Assembly (NCBI GenBank): GCA_903911245.1
Contig: CAIWCR010000010.1
Coordinates: 1 to 59,659 of the forward strand
DNA from: an uncultured Parcubacteria group bacterium
GTDB lineage: Bacteria; Patescibacteriota; Minisyncoccia; UBA6257; 2-01-FULL-56-20
Direction of reading: 5' to 3'
DNA: 59,659 nt
The translations under genes were made by a program, and so were the position numbers. The notes under the pieces are model-generated. The model worked only from the letters and a program-made list of their open reading frames with translations. It was not told the DNA's origin and did no database searches. Of this stretch, positions 40,174 through 49,068 are shown piece after piece. The first letter of the stretch is position 1. Each line of letters begins with the position of its first letter.

Positions 40174-40258
40174 TGTATTCTCTTTTTCTGCCTCTTTCGC
40201 CTCTTTCGCCTCTTTCACACTTGCCGACAAAAAAAAGATGCGCTATCATTTCAAAGAT

Positions 40259-40333
40259 TCCGCGATAGCTCAATGGTAGAGCGGCGCCCTGTTAAGGCGA
40301 TGGTTCCTGGTTCGAGTCCAGGTCGCGGAGCCA
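40259..40333 (+). tRNA. tRNA-Asn (GTT), integration target
   Basis: TCCGCGATAGCTCAATGGTAGAGC, anticodon arm CGCC-CTGTTAA-GGCG, GGTTCGAGTCC, CCA end. Promoter TTGCCG-17-TATCAT at 40221-40249. Confidence 0.96.
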
Positions 40334-41926
40334 TATGGGATGAGCAGAGCCAAAAGCTCTGCTTTTCTCTTTATCTACGGGCTCTTTTGGCGGTTCGAAA
40401 GTATTTTTATCGGTGTTTTTCTCGGATAAGGCTTCATTTACGGTGCCGAGTATGAGATCAAAGGGTTTTTGGTATGAAATCTCGATATTCTTTCCGTTTA
40501 TCTTTGGGTTCGAAAATAAAAATGAGAATAGCATTCGTTTCTGTTCGACTGTTCGTCTTGGGTTCAAATAAATCTCCCTAGCTTGTTTTGCGATCTCAAG
40601 CACTGTTACGCCCATCTCAAAATATTTAAGGCTGGCGTTACGATGTTTATTCAAACTATCAAGTACGCAGTCCTGCTCTTTCTTGTATTGCTCGAGTTTT
40701 TTGTTGTAAAACTCGGCACTGATCCGGCAATCGATCTTATCGTCATAAAGTTTATCTATTCGTTGAGTCGCTATCTGATATTGTCGTTCGAGTTCGGCCG
40801 AGGACTTTTCTCTAAAAGCTATTTCATCGGCATGACCCTCTTTTAAAGCTTCCTGAAGCCACGAGAGCATGCGTTCTACCCGTTCGTCTTTATGAGTTAC
40901 AGCCATTATGGAGTCGGCTATTTGAATATCTATATTCTCTTGTTTAACCCAATCTCGTTGCGAGCAGTTCTTATAATGGTTGCAGTGGCCATACCAGTGA
41001 CCTTTTTGTATCTCCCACGTTATCGTGCCTCCGCATTCGCTACAGCGGAATACGCTTTTAAATAGCGAATTGTGTTTACGTGCTCTCGGTGCCCCATAGC
41101 TATGCAGTTTATCTTGCACTTGCTGGAATAGTTCTTTAGTTATAAGCGGTTCGTGATTGCCTTTGGTGATCTGATTTTTCCACCGGTTCATTCCGTAATA
41201 AAATGGATCGCCGATAAGCTGATGAATTCTGGCGTGGCTTACTTTGTGATCAGTTCGGGACCGGAGGCCTTTGTCGTACATCGTATTACAGAGGGTCTTG
41301 GTTGAATGTTGGCCTGAGGCATAAAGCTCAAACATCTTTTTTATAAGCGGTGCTTTTTCCTCATCCGGTACGTGAATTTTGTGTCCCTTGTCACCGATTG
41401 TTTTATATCCAAGCGGTGGCTTGGTCGGAAGCCAGCCTTGCGATAGCTTTTCTTTTTGTCCCTTCTTTACGTTTTCAGAAAGGAGTCGGATGTAGTATTC
41501 GGCCGTGGCTACTTTTACTCGCCACATAAACCATTCGTGTGATTTAGAGTCTTTATGAAGTGTACAGCTTTCTTTGACCAGATGAATGGTATGCCTTTCA
41601 TCGGCTAGTATCCATTCATCGATTACCGGCACGTCAGAAAAGTTACGGGTTAAACGGTCTGTAGTTTCCACGAAGACCGTATTGATTTTGGCCTTGGTCA
41701 CGTATTCCATCATTTCGTGGAATATTTTTCTTTGGATTTTTCCGGCCGCCGATTCTTGAATGGCAAAAACTTTTACAAGCTCATAGCCGTTTCGATCGGC
41801 GAAGTCCCGCAAAAGTTTCTCTTGAGCTGGCAGTGAGTAGCCAGTGTCCTCTTGATCTTTGGAGGAGACACGGGCATATCCTACGGCTCGCATCGATTCA
41901 TTTTCGTTTTGCATTGTCATAGTCAT
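40292..41926 (-). CDS. Large serine recombinase (resolvase + recombinase + Zn ribbon + coiled coil)
   Basis: YARVSS catalytic motif, DRLTRN, PPLGY, GNHEPLI and CSECG...HCNHYKNC. The last residues (WLRDLDSNQEPSP) are tRNA antisense. Confidence 0.95.
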   Translation of the reverse strand: MTMTMQNENESMRAVGYARVSSKDQEDTGYSLPAQEKLLRDFADRNGYELVKVFAIQESAAGKIQRKIFHEMMEYVTKAKINTVFVETTDRLTRNFSDVPVIDEWILADERHTIHLVKESCTLHKDSKSHEWFMWRVKVATAEYYIRLLSENVKKGQKEKLSQGWLPTKPPLGYKTIGDKGHKIHVPDEEKAPLIKKMFELYASGQHSTKTLCNTMYDKGLRSRTDHKVSHARIHQLIGDPFYYGMNRWKNQITKGNHEPLITKELFQQVQDKLHSYGAPRARKHNSLFKSVFRCSECGGTITWEIQKGHWYGHCNHYKNCSQRDWVKQENIDIQIADSIMAVTHKDERVERMLSWLQEALKEGHADEIAFREKSSAELERQYQIATQRIDKLYDDKIDCRISAEFYNKKLEQYKKEQDCVLDSLNKHRNASLKYFEMGVTVLEIAKQAREIYLNPRRTVEQKRMLFSFLFSNPKINGKNIEISYQKPFDLILGTVNEALSEKNTDKNTFEPPKEPVDKEKSRAFGSAHPIWLRDLDSNQEPSP

Positions 41927-41986
41927 ATTTATTGTTAATTTTTATAAGGTTCGAAATCGACTTTTGGTCTCAAGACACAACATACG

Positions 41987-42460
41987 CTAATTTTTCGAAC
42001 AAGCTAAGCTCGAGTTGCCCACAGTGGATTTCTGTTGTCTTTTCCTAGCACTTTCCAGTATTCTCGCAATACTGTCGCTATCTCGCCGATAATCGGCGTT
42101 ATCGTAAGGATCATCACTGCCCATGGTTCTTACTGGACCCAGTACATAATCCAAAATAGCTTTAACAGCTCTGAATTTCATGACATCGCTTTTGGCACCC
42201 ATAAGCGAGACCAGAATATTGGCCGCAATTACCGAATGTCTCGCCAGCACGGTATCAGTCTCTTTATCGCGTACACGGTTTCTTTCTTTTTCGTATTGGT
42301 CGTATTCCTCTTTGAGTAAACCGTCAGACCTAAACCACCGTTTTACACTGACATGCGACACTTTAAGCATTCGAGCGATCTCCAAATAAGTAAAATCGCT
42401 ATATTTTAAGCGGATTGCATTCTGATATTTTTCGTTTTTTATATCTACATTTTTAGCCAT
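41987..42460 (-). CDS. HTH protein resembling phage small-terminase-like HTH proteins
   Basis: N-terminal HTH (TYLEIARMLKVSHVSVKRW) followed by a helical AVKAILD region. Confidence 0.6.
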   Translation of the reverse strand: MAKNVDIKNEKYQNAIRLKYSDFTYLEIARMLKVSHVSVKRWFRSDGLLKEEYDQYEKERNRVRDKETDTVLARHSVIAANILVSLMGAKSDVMKFRAVKAILDYVLGPVRTMGSDDPYDNADYRRDSDSIARILESARKRQQKSTVGNSSLACSKN

Positions 42461-42547
42461 TTGGGTATCATTTAGTATCTTTTAACGCTTATTTATTTCC
42501 TGTTTTTTGCTCAATTCGTTGCCGTTTACTGCGGTTTCCCATATTTA

Positions 42548-43126
42548 TTAACGTCTTGAATTATCTTTAAGGGTCATCTTTGCAATCAGTCCGGCTTTCA
42601 TCTCGTTTAATTTCTTGATTTGGTTTTGGCCGTTAATTTCTTTATAATTTTCTTTAATTTCTTTTAAACCCTTAACTTCTATATCATCGCCGTCGTATGC
42701 GGTCTGCTTACCTTGCCGTCCGGCTTTTGATGTAGATTGGTTTCCGTTCTGCGTCAGATGTAGGACGGACAGCAAAGTGATCCCTCGGGGCTTGAACTTG
42801 GCGTCCTCGCCCCGGGTTTTAGTGATCGCTATAAATGTCCATTCTTCGAGCTTGTCCAAGCATTTTTTAATCGTCCGCCAATCTTTTAGGCCAGAGTAAA
42901 TCCGAAGCGTCTTATTGGATGCTTCTATGGTTTGACTGGCCTTGTTTGAGGCAATCTCAGTCAGGGCACAATACACATTTCTCAGATTGCGATATGCGTC
43001 ATCGCTCACATACTTATCAATCCATTGCTGTCGCATGTACCGCAAAGCCGGCTTATCTTGATAAGCGAACGGTGCTTCTCGGTAATCTCGGACCTTATGC
43101 TTTTTGTCGTTCTGGTTCATAGTCAT
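42548..43126 (-). CDS. Putative replication initiator-like winged-HTH protein
   Basis: VYCALTEIA..SNKTLRIYSGL..RTIKKCLDKLEEWTFI resembles phage replisome-organiser HTH domains. Confidence 0.55.
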   Translation of the reverse strand: MTMNQNDKKHKVRDYREAPFAYQDKPALRYMRQQWIDKYVSDDAYRNLRNVYCALTEIASNKASQTIEASNKTLRIYSGLKDWRTIKKCLDKLEEWTFIAITKTRGEDAKFKPRGITLLSVLHLTQNGNQSTSKAGRQGKQTAYDGDDIEVKGLKEIKENYKEINGQNQIKKLNEMKAGLIAKMTLKDNSRR

Positions 43127-43304
43127 GTTGCACTATTGGCACTTCAGCTTTTTCGTTATCCTCGCAGTAGCACTGCAATAGCGTGTCGTAATAACCGAGA
43201 AGATTAAAAGCGACCTCATGTAATTCCTGATCGCTTACTTCTTGGCCAAAGTCCTCTTTAAGAATCACGCGGAGTTTCTCCAGCGTTTCTGGTTTTAATT
43301 TCAC
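43095..43304 (-). CDS. Small hypothetical protein
   Basis: 69-aa ORF coupled between its neighbours (LEKLRVILKEDFGQEVSDQE). Confidence 0.65.
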   Translation of the reverse strand: MKLKPETLEKLRVILKEDFGQEVSDQELHEVAFNLLGYYDTLLQCYCEDNEKAEVPIVQHDYEPERQKA

Positions 43305-43309
43305 AGGTC

Positions 43310-43552
43310 TTAGTTCTCGGCATAAATCCGTACTTTGACCTGTTTAATCTGATTGAAGAAGGCTTGGGGTTCGACTTGAAGTTCACGACTCCAATATCGC
43401 TTCACCAGAGAATCCAGTTCCGGGCTCTTGCCGAAGCAAAAGAGCACCTTGTACGGATTTCCTCGATCCACGACCTCAAGAGAATCAGGAATGAATAATA
43501 AAAGCACCGCAACCAATGCCAGGTCAGCGGTTTTATAAAATTGATTGTCCAT
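43310..43552 (-). CDS. DUF5659-like small protein
   Basis: FYKTADLALVAVL...YWSRELQVEPQAFFNQIKQVKVRIY pattern. Confidence 0.65.
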   Translation of the reverse strand: MDNQFYKTADLALVAVLLLFIPDSLEVVDRGNPYKVLFCFGKSPELDSLVKRYWSRELQVEPQAFFNQIKQVKVRIYAEN

Positions 43553-43713
43553 ATGTTGGCATTTTCATAATCATTAACTATTTCCTCTCACACATATTCA
43601 GTTTGCCAGTTGGTGTCTGTCTCTTGGAATAATGTTCGGGTGTAGTTAGACAACAAAAAAGAGCCCTATTTCAGGCTCTCTTATCGAAGTTATTAACTAC
43701 ACCGACTATTACG

Positions 43714-44406
43714 CTACAGTATTTTTATTTTGTACTGCGGATTCAGCTTGTAGCCACTGCCATCTCGACCGCAAATCAAATCTGATATGCCGATTCGATC
43801 ATTGGTTTTCCTATTTATTTCCAATTTGGAATTTCTGATAGCTTGATTGGTGGTGCCGACCATTTCGGCCAGCTCGGCCGTCTTGATATAGCCCTTGGCC
43901 GAGCATAAAACTTTTATCAGTTTCTCTCGCATTTTCTCTTTACTCATCGGGTAACATTTTTTATTGTCTGAATCTAAATAAAGATCACCGTCCGGAGACA
44001 AACAGAGTAGCGTTTGTTTTGCTTTATTCACTTTCTGTTTGGACCGTATCTTTTGGCTTTGTTCGTAAAAACCTTTAGCCATTTCTCTGCCGATTTGAAC
44101 AAGATCTCGCTTGCTTAATTCTTGCAGTTCGTTTTTTAAACCAGCGATTGTCTTGTCGGTTTCTTTTTTGTAATTATCAAATTTAGCCTCGGTTTTGTTT
44201 AATCTATCTTTTAATTCGGTAAATTCGGCACTGTATTTATTTACAATCTCGTCCGGATTCTGAACGCCATTATTTTGTAGTGCTGTTCTTGCGGTGTCCT
44301 TTATGACACCCATTGAAAAATGGTAAACGGGACCGACTCCCACAGTCCGTTTTATGTTGAATTTATGTTTGGTGGCCAAAGAGGCCTTTTTCATTTTCAT
44401 AATCAT
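43714..44406 (-). CDS. Hypothetical protein with coiled coil and C-terminal winged HTH
   Basis: Central heptad region; C-terminal IKTAELAEMVGTTNQAIRNS..INRK..GSGYKLN. Confidence 0.65.
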   Translation of the reverse strand: MIMKMKKASLATKHKFNIKRTVGVGPVYHFSMGVIKDTARTALQNNGVQNPDEIVNKYSAEFTELKDRLNKTEAKFDNYKKETDKTIAGLKNELQELSKRDLVQIGREMAKGFYEQSQKIRSKQKVNKAKQTLLCLSPDGDLYLDSDNKKCYPMSKEKMREKLIKVLCSAKGYIKTAELAEMVGTTNQAIRNSKLEINRKTNDRIGISDLICGRDGSGYKLNPQYKIKIL

Positions 44407-44591
44407 ATTTTTTAGTGAATTGAACCCATTTTATGCCCTCCATTCACTAATCTTTGGATGCTTGCGGACATAATCGCATATAGTTGGTTATATCGATCAA
44501 TTGAGTCCACAAGTGTATTATGACAAAAGACGGCGATTTTGACAATGAAAAGCAGAAGGGGTAAAATGATACCAACGACTAATATAATTTT

Positions 44592-44786
44592 ATGAACGAA
44601 ATTGAAAAACTTTTCACGATAGAGGAAATTGCCAAAATTTTGAGAGTACATACTCGTACCGTTACCCGCTATATTGAGTCGGGCAGATTAAAAGCATCCA
44701 AGCTTGGTGTTTGGCGGATTAAGCAATCCGATCTCAATGCTTTTTTGGATGAAACGAGTAATGTAAAAAATAAAAAGAAGAATTAG
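44592..44786 (+). CDS. Excisionase-like HTH_17 DNA-binding protein
   Basis: LFTIEEIAKILRVHTRTVTRYIESGRLKASKLGVWRI. Confidence 0.88.
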   Translation: MNEIEKLFTIEEIAKILRVHTRTVTRYIESGRLKASKLGVWRIKQSDLNAFLDETSNVKNKKKN

Positions 44787-44789
44787 ATT

Positions 44790-46607
44790 ATGCCAAAAAT
44801 AAAAGATATTCCAAAAATAGATCGTCCTCGAGAGAGGTTCCTCAAAAAAGGATCAGAAGCACTTTCAAAGAGTGATCTTTTGGCGATTCTTTTAGGTAGT
44901 GGCATTAAAGGTAAAAATGTTAGACAACTATCAGAGCAGATTATTAAAAAGTTTGGCAAGAATTTTTTAAACATCAAAGTTGAAGACCTTTTGGAAGTCT
45001 CCGGTATTGGCCAAGCTAAAGCCCTGCAGATGGTTTCCGCTATTTCGTTAGTAAAAAGATTTTATGATGAAGAAAAGGGTGGTGACACAATCATCAAAAA
45101 TCAACAGGACGTTTTATCTTTAACATACGACCTACGAGACAAGAAAAAGGAATATTTGGTTTGTCTTTATCTTAACGCTAGAAATGGTTTGATAAAGAAA
45201 GAAATCGTAAGCGTAGGCTTGTTAGATAAAAGTTTAATACATCCGAGAGAAATTTTTCATCCGGCCGTAGAGCTTAACGCCGCCAGTATCATTTTAATTC
45301 ACAATCACCCCTCAGGAGACTCATCTCCCAGCGTAAAGGATATTGAGATAGTGAAAAAAATATCCCAAGCTGGAGAAATAATGGGTATTTCTGTAATTGA
45401 TTTTATTATTACGGCTGAAAACGGAAGCTGTAGTTTTTTTGAAAAATTAAGCAAGGATAAAAAGACCATTGATTATGTTGCCGACGGCATTCAAGGGACT
45501 TTATTCAATCTTTTAGAGCTTGAAAAGCCTGCGTATGAAATAAGTGCCGAGAAAGTTCAGGAAAATTACTTCTATATCCCACAGGTAAAAAAGAACTATC
45601 TGCAATTACAAAATCGCCGATATATTGGTAGCAAGCATAAGCTTATCGAATGGATATTTTCTGTAATCAATAAAGAATGTGAAAAAGGTAATTCCTTTGC
45701 CGATATATTTGCTGGGACCGGGGTGGTTTCGGCTGTCGCGGCTAGGCATTATGATGAGATTATACTCAACGACTTTTTGCATTCTAATTACGCTATTTAC
45801 CAAGCTTTTTTTGGCAATGGTGAATGGGATAAAAATAAGATCGAAAACATCATAAAGGATTACAACAATATTGACGGTAATGACTTAGAGAATAATTATT
45901 TTTCCACAAATTTTGGTGGTAAATATTTCAGCCACAACTCAGCTAAGATCATAGGATTTATTCGAGAGAATGTTGAGGAAAATAGAAATAATTTAACTGA
46001 TAAGGAATACTATATCCTTATTGCTTCCTTACTATATTCCATTGATAAGGTTGCTAATACCGTTGGTCATTATGATGCGTATTTTAAGAAGGAACATGTT
46101 GAGGATGGATTTTTTATGAGACCCATTGATCCGATCGAGGTAAAAAATGTCACAATTTTTAAAGAGGATACCAATCTTTTGGCCAAAAAAATCAAAGCCG
46201 ATATTGTTTATATTGATCCACCTTATAATTCAAGACAATATAGTCGTTTCTACCATGTCTTAGAAACTTTAACGAAATGGGATAAGCCAGAATTATTTGG
46301 TACCGCCCTTAAGCCACAAGAGGAAAATATGAGTGATTATTGTCGAGTTCAAGCAAAGGATAGACTTGCTGAGTTGGTTAATGATTTGAACGCCAAGTAT
46401 TTGGTTGTGTCTTATAACAATACTTACGACTCAAAAAGCAATTCATCCAAAAATAAAATCACCCTGCAAGAGATTAAAGATATTTTGTCGGCGAAAGGAA
46501 AAACTAAAGTGTTTGAAAAAGATTATAGACACTTTAATGCCGGTAATACCGATTTCAAAAATCACAAGGAGTATTTATTCGTAACCACCGTAAACCATGC
46601 AAAATAA
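44790..46607 (+). CDS. RadC (JAB) domain fused to a D12-class N6-adenine DNA methyltransferase
   Basis: N-half has DRPRER, IHPREIF and HNHPSG. C-half has RRYIGSK, ADIFAGTGVV and VYIDPPYN. Confidence 0.9.
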   Translation: MPKIKDIPKIDRPRERFLKKGSEALSKSDLLAILLGSGIKGKNVRQLSEQIIKKFGKNFLNIKVEDLLEVSGIGQAKALQMVSAISLVKRFYDEEKGGDTIIKNQQDVLSLTYDLRDKKKEYLVCLYLNARNGLIKKEIVSVGLLDKSLIHPREIFHPAVELNAASIILIHNHPSGDSSPSVKDIEIVKKISQAGEIMGISVIDFIITAENGSCSFFEKLSKDKKTIDYVADGIQGTLFNLLELEKPAYEISAEKVQENYFYIPQVKKNYLQLQNRRYIGSKHKLIEWIFSVINKECEKGNSFADIFAGTGVVSAVAARHYDEIILNDFLHSNYAIYQAFFGNGEWDKNKIENIIKDYNNIDGNDLENNYFSTNFGGKYFSHNSAKIIGFIRENVEENRNNLTDKEYYILIASLLYSIDKVANTVGHYDAYFKKEHVEDGFFMRPIDPIEVKNVTIFKEDTNLLAKKIKADIVYIDPPYNSRQYSRFYHVLETLTKWDKPELFGTALKPQEENMSDYCRVQAKDRLAELVNDLNAKYLVVSYNNTYDSKSNSSKNKITLQEIKDILSAKGKTKVFEKDYRHFNAGNTDFKNHKEYLFVTTVNHAK

Positions 46608-47502
46608 AATCAAAAGATCTCCGCTGTTTTACGTAGGAGATAAATACAAATTAATGAAGCAGTTGGTTGATTTATTTCCTCAGGAAGTAGATACCTTCTA
46701 CGAGCCATTTGTTGGTGGTGGCACGGTCTTTTTGAATATCAATGCAAATAAATATTATTTAAACGACAACGATAAAAATCTTATCGATATACATAAATTC
46801 CTTGTCGGCAGTTCGGGTAACCCAGATATATTTTTTAAGAATGTTGAAAAGATAATAAAGAAATATCACCTATCCCGATCGTACAAAGAGGATATAATTC
46901 CAGCTTCTCTAAAAAAGGAATGGAAGAAAACCTATTTTGCTAGATTCAATAAAGAGGGCTATGAAAAATTGAGAGTTTGTGTAAACAAGCACATAAAGAA
47001 TGATCCTCTGATTCTGTATATCTTACTTATTTATGGTTTCAATCGAATGTTGCGGTTTAATGGTGGTGGTAAATTTAATCTGCCGGTCGGTAATGTTGAT
47101 TTCAATAAAAATGTTGTTAACGCTCTGAATGGTTATTTTGATTTTGTGCAGGATAAAAAGATGACTTTAAGCTCAAAGGACTTTAGAGCTTATTTTGCTA
47201 ATCGGAAATATTCCAAGAACGATTTTGTTTATCTGGACCCACCCTATCTAATAACGGCAAGCGAATATAACAAGCGGTGGGATCAAAAAGCCGAAGCCGA
47301 CTTACTGAAGATGATTGATGATTTGGATAAGAAAGGCGTAAAGTTTGCCCTATCGAATGTAACCCACTATAACGGAAGCAAAAATGATTTACTGATTGAT
47401 TGGATGAAAAAATACAAGACGCATAAAATAGAGAGCAATTATATCAGCTATCACAATAACGGTAAGAAACAGATCAAGGAAGTGTTAATTACCAATTATT
47501 AA
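46597..47502 (+). CDS. Dam-family DNA adenine methyltransferase
   Basis: SPLFYVGDKYKL, YEPFVGGG, FNLPVG and VYLDPPY motifs. Confidence 0.92.
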   Translation: MQNKIKRSPLFYVGDKYKLMKQLVDLFPQEVDTFYEPFVGGGTVFLNINANKYYLNDNDKNLIDIHKFLVGSSGNPDIFFKNVEKIIKKYHLSRSYKEDIIPASLKKEWKKTYFARFNKEGYEKLRVCVNKHIKNDPLILYILLIYGFNRMLRFNGGGKFNLPVGNVDFNKNVVNALNGYFDFVQDKKMTLSSKDFRAYFANRKYSKNDFVYLDPPYLITASEYNKRWDQKAEADLLKMIDDLDKKGVKFALSNVTHYNGSKNDLLIDWMKKYKTHKIESNYISYHNNGKKQIKEVLITNY

Positions 47503-47506
47503 ATAT

Positions 47507-49042
47507 ATGAAAACAAAAACAAGAGAATCAGAATATAAACCATTATTATTTACTACTACACTTAGAAACCCAGAAAGGCTTAAGTGGTTTTTGGGAGTAC
47601 TTAAAGATTACAACGGAAAAGTGCTTGACGATCAGTTAGCTGAGGAGATCTCCGGTGAAGTTATTCGGTTTGGATTATATAAGCCAACTAACATAAGTGC
47701 CGTTGTAAAGAATAAAATTGAAACAAAAGAGCCATTGTCCGATTCTGAAGTGAAAAAGGTTCTTGAGGATAATCCACAAAATCATAAAGAAGCCGGTTTC
47801 AGTAAGGGCTGGGCTTCTCGGTTTGATACTTGGTTTAAGATTGCCAAAGAGCTTGGTTTTGTTTATTACAAAAACGGAGAAAAGATAAGATTTTCTGATA
47901 TCGGATTAAAATTGGTTGATAACGAACATCCAGAATTTGAACAGCAAGCTTTTTTGAATGCCTTTGTAAAATATCAAAGTAACAGTCCATTTAGACGCGT
48001 ACTTAATGAAAACGCACCGCTGATTTTATTATTGAGCGTGATCAATAAAATAAATGCTGATAAGGATTTAAACGGGACCGGAATTTCAAAATTAGAATTA
48101 CCTTTGGTTATATTCTGGAAAGATAACGACGCAGAAAAACTATACAAACTTATAAAGAAAATTAGAAAAGAACACGGCTATACTCCGAGCTGGGAGGTTA
48201 TTGTTGATATTTGTGTTAATCAGATCATGGCCGGTGATTTCAAGAAGTTCAATCCGAAGTCAATAATGGTTGACTATCCCGATGAATTCATCAGAAAGAT
48301 GAGACTGACTGGATTGATCTCGCTAAGAGGTGCCGGACGTTTTATTGATATAAACAGAAACGAACAAACAAAGGTTGATTATGCTTTAGCCACTTATTCT
48401 GATTATAAAAAATACGCGACAGAAGAAGAATATTTTAAGTACATGTCGGCCGTGGATGAAAATCTCATCTCGTTTGTTGCCAAGCCAGTAAGTGTTGGCG
48501 AGAGGGATGCCTTTTTGGCCAAGTGGGTCGGTATTTATTCTTGGAATAAAATTAAGGACGAGATGCTGAATCTGGCCAAGAAAAGATTGACTAAGGATGA
48601 TGTTTTGAAATATCTATCAAATCCAGTCAGATTAGAGTTCCTTGTCTCTTTGGCAATTAAATCTAAGTTTCCAAATGTTAAGGTAATACCAAATTATCCT
48701 TATGATGACGAAGGGCTCCCAACATCAACAGCCGGAGGTGTTGGAGATAAAGGTGATATTGAATGCTTTGAGGATGTTAAGGGAATACTGGTCGAAGTCA
48801 CTATGTCAGAGGGTCGCATGCAAACCATGATGGAAGTTTGGCCGATCTCAAGACATTTAGGAGAATTCCAAAAAGGCACAAAAGATTCGATGTGCTATTT
48901 CGTGGCCCCTAGCATATTTAAGGACTCCGTAATGCAAATAAATTACGTTAAGGAAAAAGAGAATCTTTCGATCTTGCCAAAAACAATCGAGGAATTTTTG
49001 ACTCATATAGAAAGCAGAGATGTTTTGTACTCTGTGTCCTAA
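47507..49042 (+). CDS. AlwI-family type IIS restriction endonuclease
   Basis: FTTTLRNPER N-terminus, DEFIRKMRLTGLI, PTSTAGG..GDIEC..LVEVTM PD-(D/E)xK-like core and PISRHL; follows two methylases. Confidence 0.8.
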   Translation: MKTKTRESEYKPLLFTTTLRNPERLKWFLGVLKDYNGKVLDDQLAEEISGEVIRFGLYKPTNISAVVKNKIETKEPLSDSEVKKVLEDNPQNHKEAGFSKGWASRFDTWFKIAKELGFVYYKNGEKIRFSDIGLKLVDNEHPEFEQQAFLNAFVKYQSNSPFRRVLNENAPLILLLSVINKINADKDLNGTGISKLELPLVIFWKDNDAEKLYKLIKKIRKEHGYTPSWEVIVDICVNQIMAGDFKKFNPKSIMVDYPDEFIRKMRLTGLISLRGAGRFIDINRNEQTKVDYALATYSDYKKYATEEEYFKYMSAVDENLISFVAKPVSVGERDAFLAKWVGIYSWNKIKDEMLNLAKKRLTKDDVLKYLSNPVRLEFLVSLAIKSKFPNVKVIPNYPYDDEGLPTSTAGGVGDKGDIECFEDVKGILVEVTMSEGRMQTMMEVWPISRHLGEFQKGTKDSMCYFVAPSIFKDSVMQINYVKEKENLSILPKTIEEFLTHIESRDVLYSVS

Positions 49043-49068
49043 ACGGATTCGTGACCAATTAAAGTTAT

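Noticed and set aside
40273..40455. 60-aa ORF over tRNA-Asn
   Set aside because: Artefact of the tRNA sequence and the recombinase antisense strand.
42521..42703. Two GCCGT-N4-TGCGGT copies near and within the rep-like gene as iterons
   Set aside because: Only two copies, 168 nt apart; insufficient to call an origin.
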